The translations under genes and the position numbers were made by a program. Positions 40,557 through 48,859 of a stretch of 64,000 bases of DNA are shown piece after piece. The notes below the pieces were generated by a model, which saw nothing but the letters and a program-made list of their open reading frames with translations, searched no databases and was not told the origin of the DNA. The DNA comes from Nitrospira sp. ST-bin5 (GTDB lineage: Bacteria > Nitrospirota > Nitrospiria > Nitrospirales > Nitrospiraceae). How positions within the stretch are numbered: the stretch's first letter is position 1; each line of letters begins with the position of its first letter. The stretch spans positions 65,889-129,888 of the forward strand of contig MSXN01000007.1 in assembly GCA_002083555.1 (NCBI GenBank). Direction: 5' to 3'.

Positions 40557-40704
40557 CCACTGAATGTCGTGGTGCTACGATATCCCGTGGGATGATCGCA
40601 TCGCTGCACTGATTATCTTCTCGCCTGCAGATCACTCAAGTTGTTGATACCGCTCTTTATTACTCCAACTTCAGGTCTGTCATACGTTCTGGCATCGGCC
40701 TTGC
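40557..40704 (+). promoter_or_regulatory. Sigma-54 promoter with candidate enhancer pair and IHF site
   Basis: TGGCATCGGCCTTGC (40690-40704; GG-N10-GC); IHF consensus TATCAACAACTTG on minus strand (40637-40649); imperfect palindromes CCACTGAATGTCGTGG (40557-40572) and CTACGATATCCCGTGG (40575-40590). Confidence 0.8.
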
Positions 40705-40776
40705 GCTAGTGCAGGACTGCGATGGCCATCGCAGGGAAATGTCACAGTACTCATTCCATTTATTTAAGGAGCATCT

Positions 40777-41151
40777 ATGAAAACAGCGATCATCATTCTG
40801 TCCGACCCGAAGAGCGGTTCCGAAGAAGCGCTTGGGCGAGTCTTTAATGCGCTGGCCCTTGCAGCCGAATGTAAGCAGAAGGGCGACGAAGTCGCCGTGG
40901 TCTTCAATGGGGCCGGCACTCGTTGGCCTGCGGAATTGACCAAACTCTCACATCCAGTCAATGGCCTCTACAATGCGGTGCGGGATGTCGTACAGGGCGC
41001 GTCGTGCGGCTGCGCCGAGGTCTTTGGGGCGACAGAAAGCGTCAAGGCTTGCGGCGTGCCGGTTGTGAAAGACCATGCCCTCGCTGGGACAGCGGGGCTC
41101 TTGAGCCTGCGCCGGTACGTAGCTGAAGGGTGGAATACGATCGTGTTCTGA
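40777..41151 (+). CDS. DsrE/DsrF-like protein
   Basis: ALGRVFNAL, VAVVFNGAGT, ASCGCA; AAGGAG RBS. Confidence 0.75.
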   Translation: MKTAIIILSDPKSGSEEALGRVFNALALAAECKQKGDEVAVVFNGAGTRWPAELTKLSHPVNGLYNAVRDVVQGASCGCAEVFGATESVKACGVPVVKDHALAGTAGLLSLRRYVAEGWNTIVF

Positions 41152-41217
41152 GATTGAGCATGAGAGGGCATGCGACGAAACCCGTCGTCATGTCTTCTCG
41201 ACAGGGAGTACACAACC

Positions 41218-41820
41218 ATGGCGTTGAAATACTTGGAGCTGGCGATGACGGATGCCGTACATCGCGCACAGACGCAGTACTACGGAAGGGCCGTGAACAT
41301 CCCAGGGGCGCCCGAACGAGATCCATTAGGTCAAGACGAGGCTGAGTTTATTGCAGAGCGTGACAGCTTCTATCTGGGTTCGATCAGCGAAACCGGATGG
41401 CCCTACATTCAGCATCGTGGTGGGCCCAAGGGGTTCTTGCGAGTGGTCAACGAGACGACACTGGCCTTCGCCGACTACAAGGGTAATCGCCAGCTGCTGA
41501 CAACCGGCAACGTTTCGGTGAACGATCGTGTGGCGCTGTTTCTCATGGACTACCAGAACCGAGCACGCTTGAAGATTCTGGGTCAGGCCCGAGTCGAGGA
41601 TGCTCGCGCCCATCCAGAACTCGTCGCGCAGCTCGCTGATCCAAAGATGCGATCTTCAGTGGAGAGGTTGGTGTTCATTGACGTCGTCTCGTTTGATTGG
41701 AACTGCCCAAAGTACATCACGCCACGGTATTCGGCGGAAGAGGTCGAGGCGTATGTGGGTCCGCTCAAGAGCCGGATCGCCGAGCTCGAATCCCAACTGA
41801 ATACCACAAAAGTATCATGA
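41218..41820 (+). CDS. Pyridoxamine 5'-phosphate oxidase-like FMN-binding protein
   Basis: GWPYIQHRGGPKGFL, FADYKGNRQ, FDWNCPKYITPR; ATG 41218 after GGGAG. Confidence 0.85.
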   Translation: MALKYLELAMTDAVHRAQTQYYGRAVNIPGAPERDPLGQDEAEFIAERDSFYLGSISETGWPYIQHRGGPKGFLRVVNETTLAFADYKGNRQLLTTGNVSVNDRVALFLMDYQNRARLKILGQARVEDARAHPELVAQLADPKMRSSVERLVFIDVVSFDWNCPKYITPRYSAEEVEAYVGPLKSRIAELESQLNTTKVS

Positions 41821-41865
41821 CATTCGCAACGGGAACGTTCTGTTTCTATCGAAGGAGTTGAAACC

Positions 41866-42531
41866 ATGAAGGTCGCACAGATATGGCGATATCCGGTGAA
41901 GTCGATGGCCGGTGAGCAGATAGATCACGCGCGCATCGGGCCACTCGGCATCGAGGGAGACCGCGTCGTGCATGTGGAGAATGAGGATGGTCATGTCATC
42001 ACGTCCAGAACACACCATCGGCTACTCGGTCACCATGCCACGCTTAATGAATCCGGCGAGCCTATGGTTGATGGCCTGTTATGGAGCGATCCCAAAGTCC
42101 GCGAGGATGTTGTGGATATTGTGGGCCAAGGAGCCAAGCTGGTACGCGATGATTCTAGCGATCGTTTTGACGTGCTGCCCATGTTGGTGGCGACGGACGG
42201 AGCGATTGCGGTGTTCGGGCGTGACGGCCGGCGCCTCAGACCGAATCTGGTCATCGGCGGGGTCGATGGCATGGCTGAGCGCTCGTGGCTTGGGCAGTGC
42301 CTGCACATCGGAGAGGTCATCATCGGGATACAGGACCTCCGTGGGCGCTGCATCATGACGACGTTCGACCCCGACAGCCTGAAGCAGGACCGTCAGGTTC
42401 TCACAGACATTGTGCGGAGATTTGAGGGCACGCTCGCTTTGAATTGCTTTGTGATCCGGGGTGGAGACATTCGAGTCGGCGACACAGTTGAGCTGGCCCG
42501 ACACCGTGAATGCGAGGCTGTCCGCGCTTAG
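41866..42531 (+). CDS. MOSC-domain protein (YcbX/mARC-like)
   Basis: IWRYPVKSMAGE, GDR, RLRPNLVI, RCIMT (Moco-ligating Cys position), GDIRVGD. Confidence 0.9.
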   Translation: MKVAQIWRYPVKSMAGEQIDHARIGPLGIEGDRVVHVENEDGHVITSRTHHRLLGHHATLNESGEPMVDGLLWSDPKVREDVVDIVGQGAKLVRDDSSDRFDVLPMLVATDGAIAVFGRDGRRLRPNLVIGGVDGMAERSWLGQCLHIGEVIIGIQDLRGRCIMTTFDPDSLKQDRQVLTDIVRRFEGTLALNCFVIRGGDIRVGDTVELARHRECEAVRA

Positions 42532-42618
42532 AGAGACCAACTAGTTTTGCCATCACTTGCGTGGGAGTTTCGGGCTTTCACATTTTAAACGCCGCAAGGC
42601 CTAGAGGGAGGAATTGAT

Positions 42619-42978
42619 ATGAGCAAGCAGGTACAGGACACATTGCAAGATATGCTGGGTATTCTGAAGAAGGGGCACATGACCGAAGGTCAGAAGATCT
42701 ACTTTGCGGATTCGGTCGTCACGCAGGAAGGCAATCAGCCGCCCATCGTGGGCAAACAAGCCTCCATTGAAAGACTGGACAAATTCAGGGATACGATCGG
42801 AGTGGCCGCCTTTGTCAGCTATGCCATCGGCGATGTAGCCGTCACGGGAGACAGCAGTTTCTATGACGCGGTGCTGACATTGAAATTGAAGAACGGGGAA
42901 ACCATCAGTCTCGAACAAGTCGTCAAGACTGACTGGCGGGACGGCAAGATTGTAAAGGAGCGCTACTATCACGGCTAA
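42619..42978 (+). CDS. SnoaL/NTF2-like protein
   Basis: 119 aa, YFADSVV...WRDGKIVKERYY; GGAGG RBS. Confidence 0.8.
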   Translation: MSKQVQDTLQDMLGILKKGHMTEGQKIYFADSVVTQEGNQPPIVGKQASIERLDKFRDTIGVAAFVSYAIGDVAVTGDSSFYDAVLTLKLKNGETISLEQVVKTDWRDGKIVKERYYHG

Positions 42979-43121
42979 TCACTTGTGAGATGGTGTAGCC
43001 GCAGGCGGCCAATGCTATTCGCTTCCGCATTGATTGCGACGTCGGTAGCAACTAGTATCGATCACAAGAAGTGGAACATTCGTCTGAACAACAAGCTGGT
43101 TGTCGATAGAAGGAGGGATCT

Positions 43122-44366
43122 ATGACCGAGTTTTCACGCAGACGTTTCTTGCAACTGTCCGCAGCGACCGGTGGCGCCTTATTGTTTGGGGATGTGATCG
43201 GACAAGCGCTGGGACTTACGGAAAAGACGAGTTTCGCCTCCTCCGGTGAGCCGATCAAGATCGGCATCCTCGATCCTTTGTCGAGTGCTTACAAGACGTC
43301 GTCGATTCATGATGTCCATGGCGCCAACGTGGCAGTGGATCTTTTCAATAAACGTGGTGGTGTGCTGGGCCGGCCGGTCGTCATCCTCGAAGCGGATGAT
43401 GCGTCGAATCCGGAGACTGCCGTGAAGGTGGCGACGAAGTTCATCAAAGAAGACCGGGTTGATGTGCTGATGGGAACCTTCAACGCAGACTGTGCGTTGG
43501 TCATATCAGAATTGGCGAAGAAAGAAAACAAACTGTTCATGGTGACGGGGTCTCATCTTCCCGAGTTGAGCGGTGCTGCCTGCAACTCCCATACGTTTGT
43601 GTTCATGCCCCACGCGAGAATGCTGGCGCACGCGGTGGTGCCGCATCTGGTGAAGGCCTACGGGACTCGGTGGTACATGATTACGACGAATACGCTGGAT
43701 GGGAAAGCCGCCGCGCAGGCCATGGCTGAGGCGGCAGAGGCGCATAAGGTGGAGTTGGTCGGCGAAGCCTTGATGCCTTTTGGATCCACAGACTTTGTGT
43801 CAGCCCTCAGCGCGGCCAAAGCCAAGGAGCCAACGGCGATCATCCTCAATCTCTACGGGTGGGATCTCGTGCATGCCTTGAAGGGCTACGCCAAGCTGGA
43901 GTTGGCGAAGGAAAAGATTGGCGTTGGCGGGATGATCAGCGGTGAACAGATTGGGCGCCCGCTCGGCTATGCCAGCAATGCAGGAATCTGGGCTCTCATC
44001 TGGGACCCCAAGATCAATACCGAGAGCTCAAAGCGATTCATCCAAGGCGTGATTGACAAGTACAACCATACGCCAACCTCCCGGTGCTATTTGGGGTATG
44101 CCGCAATGACGCAAATTCTTGAAGCTATACAGCGGGCTGGTTCAACCGAGACGGCCGCATTGATTAAAGCGTTAGAAGGGCATGAGTTTGATGGATTGAA
44201 AGAAGGGAAATCTGTGTTTCGCGCGACAGATCATCAACATGTTCAGGATGTCTTGGTGGGGGAAGCCTTTGGAAAAGAACTGGGGCTAGGCCATTACAAG
44301 ATTCTCGCAACGGTGCCGGGCCTCGCGAATATTGGAGCGGCGGACCAGCAGCACTGCAAATTGTAA
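43122..44366 (+). CDS. Tat-exported LivJ/LivK-type periplasmic substrate-binding protein
   Basis: SRRRFLQ twin-arginine signal; PIKIG, GGVLGRPV..DD, TDF motifs. Confidence 0.88.
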   Translation: MTEFSRRRFLQLSAATGGALLFGDVIGQALGLTEKTSFASSGEPIKIGILDPLSSAYKTSSIHDVHGANVAVDLFNKRGGVLGRPVVILEADDASNPETAVKVATKFIKEDRVDVLMGTFNADCALVISELAKKENKLFMVTGSHLPELSGAACNSHTFVFMPHARMLAHAVVPHLVKAYGTRWYMITTNTLDGKAAAQAMAEAAEAHKVELVGEALMPFGSTDFVSALSAAKAKEPTAIILNLYGWDLVHALKGYAKLELAKEKIGVGGMISGEQIGRPLGYASNAGIWALIWDPKINTESSKRFIQGVIDKYNHTPTSRCYLGYAAMTQILEAIQRAGSTETAALIKALEGHEFDGLKEGKSVFRATDHQHVQDVLVGEAFGKELGLGHYKILATVPGLANIGAADQQHCKL

Positions 44367-44462
44367 GGGCCCGACAGAGCCGAGGGATTCCCGTGTAAGG
44401 AGCTCATTTAGGTAGGTAGGACCGCGTTCGCGGCTACTTCTGTGTTGGATAGTGGGATGTGG

Positions 44463-44509
44463 TGAGGGGGGCCGCGTCTCGCCTAGCGCGACATGCGGCC
44501 CCCCCCTCA
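44463..44509. terminator. GC-rich hairpin between convergent genes
   Basis: TGAGGGGGGCCGCGTCTCGC...GCGCGACATGCGGCCCCCCCCTCA. Confidence 0.55.
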
Positions 44510-44524
44510 GTGGAGATGAGTGAC

Positions 44525-45694
44525 TTACTTGGTGACGCGGATTTCGACCCGGCGGTTCTTTGCCCGGCCTGCGTCTGTCGTATTCGGACTCACGGGCTTG
44601 GTGTCGGCATAGCCGTGTGTCGTAGCCGCGCCCAAGCCACCTTCCGTCAGGGCTTTAGCCGCGTTGGCCGCCCGTGCTTCAGAGAGTTCCTTGTTGGTCG
44701 GAAACGTCTTTTTCAGCGAGCTCTTGATCGGCCGGTTGTCTGTATGGCCGTCCACCGCCACTTTATACTCAGGGAAGTCTTTGAGGATGGCACCAACCTG
44801 CTTCAGCGCATCGGCGCCCGCCGGTTTCAGTTGATCTTCTCCCGAGCCGAACAGATAGCCTGACGCCAGGTTGATGAGCAATCGCTCGTTATTCAGATCG
44901 ACGGCGATCGTCTGCTTGTCGATCTGCGGCTTCAGGGCTCGGATCAAGCCGCGCTGCGCTTCTTTCAACTTCGCCATTTCAGAGGACAGGTCGCCACGGA
45001 GTCCCGCGAGTTCTTTGTCCCGATCCGCCAACATCTTCTCGAGTTCCGCGACGCGTTGTCTGCAGGCGGCAAGTTCGGCGGCCATCTTGTCTTTATCACC
45101 GGCGGCCCCGCCCATGGCGGCGAGCTGAGAGGTGAGGTCTGCGTTCCGCTGTTTGGCTGCGGCGAGTTCTGTGGCCAGTTTGTCTTTGTCTCCGGCTCCG
45201 GCTTGAAGCGCGGTGAGTTGTGACTGGGCTGCTGCGAGATCTGCTGCCAATTTATCTTTGTCGCCGCCTGCTGACGCCTGTGCGGCGGCCAACTGCCGTT
45301 CTAGCTCGGCCGTGCGGGCTTTCGATTGATTGAGGTCGCTTTGTGTGGAGAAGAGCTGGCTCGCGAGCTTCGAAGAGTCACCGGCGCTTGATCGGAGAGC
45401 GGCCAATTCCCGGTCACGATCAGCCAGTTGGCTTTCGAGCGCTCTTACACGGTCGCTGAGCACTCCGTTTTCTTTCTTGGCCGCGGCGAGCTCATCGGCG
45501 AGCCGCTGCCGTTCTTTTTCCAGCGCGGCGAGACGAGTGGCCATGTCTTTGGAGGCGTTGTCGGCATCCCACTGATTACGATGACGGTATTCATAGCCGC
45601 CGTCACAGCAGATGGCGTTCCAATCAATCGCGGCGGCATTGCCTGCGATCGAGAGAAGGCCGAGCCCCAGAATGGATATGCAAATTGATTTCAT
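44525..45694 (-). CDS. Exported coiled-coil protein with C-terminal OmpA/MotB domain
   Basis: Signal peptide from ATG 45694; long heptad region; VDGHTDN..TNKELSEARA..NRRVEI. Confidence 0.85.
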   Translation of the reverse strand: MKSICISILGLGLLSIAGNAAAIDWNAICCDGGYEYRHRNQWDADNASKDMATRLAALEKERQRLADELAAAKKENGVLSDRVRALESQLADRDRELAALRSSAGDSSKLASQLFSTQSDLNQSKARTAELERQLAAAQASAGGDKDKLAADLAAAQSQLTALQAGAGDKDKLATELAAAKQRNADLTSQLAAMGGAAGDKDKMAAELAACRQRVAELEKMLADRDKELAGLRGDLSSEMAKLKEAQRGLIRALKPQIDKQTIAVDLNNERLLINLASGYLFGSGEDQLKPAGADALKQVGAILKDFPEYKVAVDGHTDNRPIKSSLKKTFPTNKELSEARAANAAKALTEGGLGAATTHGYADTKPVSPNTTDAGRAKNRRVEIRVTK

Positions 45695-45750
45695 GCGTAC
45701 TCCTTTTGTGTTGACGCGCTGCATGTGGACTTGTGGTTTGGGTCTGAGTG

Positions 45751-46164
45751 TTAGTGCTTGCCCTTGAGGGCGTCGCGAATCTCCATGAGCAGCTTTTCTT
45801 CATTTGTCGGGCCGGCCGGCGGCGCCGGAGGGGCTTCTTTCTTGAAGCGGTTCATCTGCTTCACCAGCAGAAAGATCACGAAGGCGAGGATGATGAAGTC
45901 GAAAGTGGCCTGCAGAAAGACCCCGTAGTTGATGGTGGGGGCTCCAGCTGCTTTGGCGGCGATCAGCGAGGGCTGCGGTGTGCCGGAGAGATTGATGAAC
46001 AAGCTGGAGAAGTCCACCTTTCCCATCAGCAGTCCAAGGGGAGGCATCATCACATCGCTCACGAGCGATGACACGATTTTCCCGAACGCGCCGCCGATGA
46101 TGACACCGATGGCCATATCGACGACGTTGCCCTTCATGGCGAACTCTTTAAATTCTTTTAACAT
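45751..46164 (-). CDS. mscL: Large-conductance mechanosensitive channel
   Basis: [35 protein letters not shown]...LLMEIRDAL. Confidence 0.98.
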   Translation of the reverse strand: MLKEFKEFAMKGNVVDMAIGVIIGGAFGKIVSSLVSDVMMPPLGLLMGKVDFSSLFINLSGTPQPSLIAAKAAGAPTINYGVFLQATFDFIILAFVIFLLVKQMNRFKKEAPPAPPAGPTNEEKLLMEIRDALKGKH

Positions 46165-46216
46165 CGTTTGTCCTCCTTAGAGGATGAGAGGGTGAGTTGC
46201 GTGCTGAGAGTGTACA

Positions 46217-47302
46217 CTATCGCTTCCTGGTCGTATCGAAGCTGTATCCGAGGGTGAACAGATACAGATTATCGGTGTCGCCGGTTCCTGGTGCCGGCCG
46301 ACTGTTGTATCGTGTCGTCACTTGAAGGCCGCTCACGAACCCTTCCCAGATTTTGAATCGGACGCCGTTATCCATGGTGAGGAAGTAGTTCGAGGCGTTT
46401 TGCATCGAGGGGTAGAACTCGTTGTAGTGGTAAAAGGTGATGCGATCGTCAAACAGCGGCCAATTCCATTTCATCGAGACGCGGGCACGGAGACTTGACT
46501 GATCGTCCGCGACCCGGAAGTCTTCATTGAAGAAGGACACGCCGGCTTCTGTATAGAAGGTCATGTCTTTGAAGATGCCGTTGAAATCTCCCCGTTCGAT
46601 AAACTGATAGCCGGGACCGGATGACAGAGCGGTTCGCATCTTGAGGTCCTGGAAGCGGTCGTTCTCGAAGTAGGCCGAGGCAAACCAGTAAAAGCGTTTG
46701 GTGATGAAGAAGTCGAGCTTGATCGTCCCGCGGGCGTTCCGTGCAATGAGTGTATTGGCGTTGTCGCCGTAGACATAGCGTCCATTGATCGAAAGCCGGA
46801 GTTGTTCGCTGCGGGCGACGAAGTCTCCCAGCACGCTGGCGTTCTTGAGATGGCTGTTGCCGGTGGTCTGGGAGTAGCCTCCTGTGAGACTTCCCGAGTA
46901 AATGACCGGCGGCTGAACCAAGGGGTTCACGGAGCCGATGGCATCGAGCGGAACGGTGAGCGAGCCTTTGAGCGGTTCAGATTGGATATTCAGGTTGCCG
47001 TCTGCTCCGGCCGTTGCGGTTCCCACCAGCACACTGCCTTCTTTGAGATGAAACGGGATTGGATGGTTGACGGCGAGTTTGGCGACGTCGCTCCACTTCA
47101 CCTTGATGAGATTGTCAGGGCTGGATGGGGTTTTCATGACGAGCACGCCGCCTGCCATCTCGATGACTTCTCCATAGATGTTGCTGCCGTCCTTGAGGGT
47201 CACGACGTCGAGCGGGGGCGCGGGAGCATCGGCTGCCATTGCAGTGTCGACCCCGCAGAGTACGGCTGTAAAGATTGCCACTGCGGCGAACAGGTTCTTC
47301 AT
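46217..47302 (-). CDS. DUF481/YdiY-like outer-membrane beta-barrel protein
   Basis: Signal peptide from ATG 47302 (GAGGA RBS); DVVTLKDG N-domain; TTGNS, DRFQDL, terminal FTLGYSF beta-signal. Confidence 0.8.
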   Translation of the reverse strand: MKNLFAAVAIFTAVLCGVDTAMAADAPAPPLDVVTLKDGSNIYGEVIEMAGGVLVMKTPSSPDNLIKVKWSDVAKLAVNHPIPFHLKEGSVLVGTATAGADGNLNIQSEPLKGSLTVPLDAIGSVNPLVQPPVIYSGSLTGGYSQTTGNSHLKNASVLGDFVARSEQLRLSINGRYVYGDNANTLIARNARGTIKLDFFITKRFYWFASAYFENDRFQDLKMRTALSSGPGYQFIERGDFNGIFKDMTFYTEAGVSFFNEDFRVADDQSSLRARVSMKWNWPLFDDRITFYHYNEFYPSMQNASNYFLTMDNGVRFKIWEGFVSGLQVTTRYNSRPAPGTGDTDNLYLFTLGYSFDTTRKR

Positions 47303-47529
47303 CTTTCCTCCTCTTGGTGTATGAAACGCGACATGAGCGTAGTGACTTGACGTCCTAAATAGCACTAGGGCCAATCGGCCCAGGATACAACGGGGTTGTA
47401 TACCCGACTAACCAGGGTTGTGCAACCCGGATCTCGTCATCAGGGTCTGTTCTTCAGGGGCGAAACATTGAGTCCTGGGATTTGAGTAATCCCGATGCCA
47501 TGTATGTGTTCGTGAAATGTCCCGTTGTC

Positions 47530-47919
47530 TCATAGGTTGTTCTCATGATGGCTCAAGGCTCTCGCTTGTTTTGAGGCTATCTTGCCGGGAGGTTGACCAA
47601 GTGGCCCCATCGGAGCTTCGAGGATACCAGTGTGCGGACTGAGCGTGAGGCGAGAGCTCTTCGGAGTCACTCTCTTGATCGGGGCTGCACGATCACTACT
47701 GTGATTGAGAATGCGACAGAGATTGCTAAAGAATTCGAGGAGGGCCCCAAGGATGCTCTCGCGGACCTTCCGTGACGATGCAGGCTGTAGGCGGACCCAT
47801 TGATCTTCATGGCGCTGTAGTATGGATAGTGTATAGCCAGCCGCCTCTACTCCCTCCTCTGGGACCAGTAGAAACTCCTGACCATGTGGATCGACAACGA
47901 GGAGGCCCTTGGGGCGCAT
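47530..47919 (-). CDS. Hypothetical protein
   Basis: ATG 47919 after GAGGA, 4 nt after the regulator stop; no recognisable motif. Confidence 0.45.
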   Translation of the reverse strand: MRPKGLLVVDPHGQEFLLVPEEGVEAAGYTLSILQRHEDQWVRLQPASSRKVRESILGALLEFFSNLCRILNHSSDRAAPIKRVTPKSSRLTLSPHTGILEAPMGPLGQPPGKIASKQARALSHHENNL

Positions 47920-47923
47920 TGAC

Positions 47924-48634
47924 CTATCCTCTTTCTCGCGTGGAGATGGCGTTCCCGTTGTGGGATTCGGAATGTTGGCTGAGCTGCGTGACGAAATAGT
48001 GAACCGCTTGGGTCCGTCGACTGACGCGTAGCTTCTTATAGAGCGTCGACAGGAGTTTAGTGATGGCGTTGGGGTGTTGCTTGAAAGAGGCGGCGATGTC
48101 TTTGTTCGTGGCTCCCTCAGCCAGCATCGAAAGAAGCCTCTGGTCGATCGGCGAAAGTCTCGGCGGGAGGACGGCTGGAGCATGCATGCCGGTGTCCTTT
48201 ATCCAGGCGAGGATGCGGGTCGTCTCCTTGGGCCCAAGAAGAGATCGCCCTGCGGCGATCGTCTTTATCGCGCGGAGGAGGTCCTTGGCCCCGACATCTT
48301 TGGTCAGGTACCCGTGCCCGCCGGCCATGACCGCGTTATAGAGGTCGCGGTTGTCGCAGTAGGCGGAGAAGAACAGGATCCGCATATGGGGGAAATCCGA
48401 TAGAATGTCCCGGCAGGCATCTGGCCCAGTGCCATCAGGCAAGCGCATATCCATAATCACGACATCGGGCTTTGTGCGCTGGACTTCTTCAACGGCGCGG
48501 GCTCTGCTGCCGGCTTCGCCCACCACCTGAATCCCCCGATCCAATGTGAGGATGGCTCTGAGTCCCTCACGCGCGAAGGCCGAATCATCGACCGGGACGA
48601 CTCGAATAGGAGGAGGTGTGCTGAGTCTTGGCAT
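47924..48634 (-). CDS. NarL/LuxR-family response regulator with a divergent HTH
   Basis: VDDSAFAREG...MDMRLPDGTG...LTKD receiver; GATNKDIA; start 48634 (uncertain). Confidence 0.88.
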   Translation of the reverse strand: MPRLSTPPPIRVVPVDDSAFAREGLRAILTLDRGIQVVGEAGSRARAVEEVQRTKPDVVIMDMRLPDGTGPDACRDILSDFPHMRILFFSAYCDNRDLYNAVMAGGHGYLTKDVGAKDLLRAIKTIAAGRSLLGPKETTRILAWIKDTGMHAPAVLPPRLSPIDQRLLSMLAEGATNKDIAASFKQHPNAITKLLSTLYKKLRVSRRTQAVHYFVTQLSQHSESHNGNAISTRERG

Positions 48635-48704
48635 GAGCAATGGGGATGCTATCGCGGGTGGACGTCTTGTGCGAACATTGTCTGCTTCTACCGGGTAACC
48701 ATGG

Positions 48705-48831
48705 TCAAGGTTCATGCCATGGCCGATGGAGTTATTCTTATCGAATGGCGGGGGTGTTTTGGAGCATGTCGTTCATCGTGTCTCAGTCGAGCTGTAGCAG
48801 GAGACAGAGCTGTCTCATGGTGGGTGTCTCA
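48705..48831 (-). promoter_or_regulatory. Candidate sigma-54 promoter with TGTCTCA enhancer-like repeats
   Basis: Minus strand TGGCATGAACCTTGA (48719-48705; -12 reads GA rather than GC); TGTCTCA at 48779, 48811 and 48825, inverted GAGACA at 48801. Confidence 0.55.
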
Positions 48832-48859
48832 CAATGTGTGCGGGTGGATCGGAGGGATG

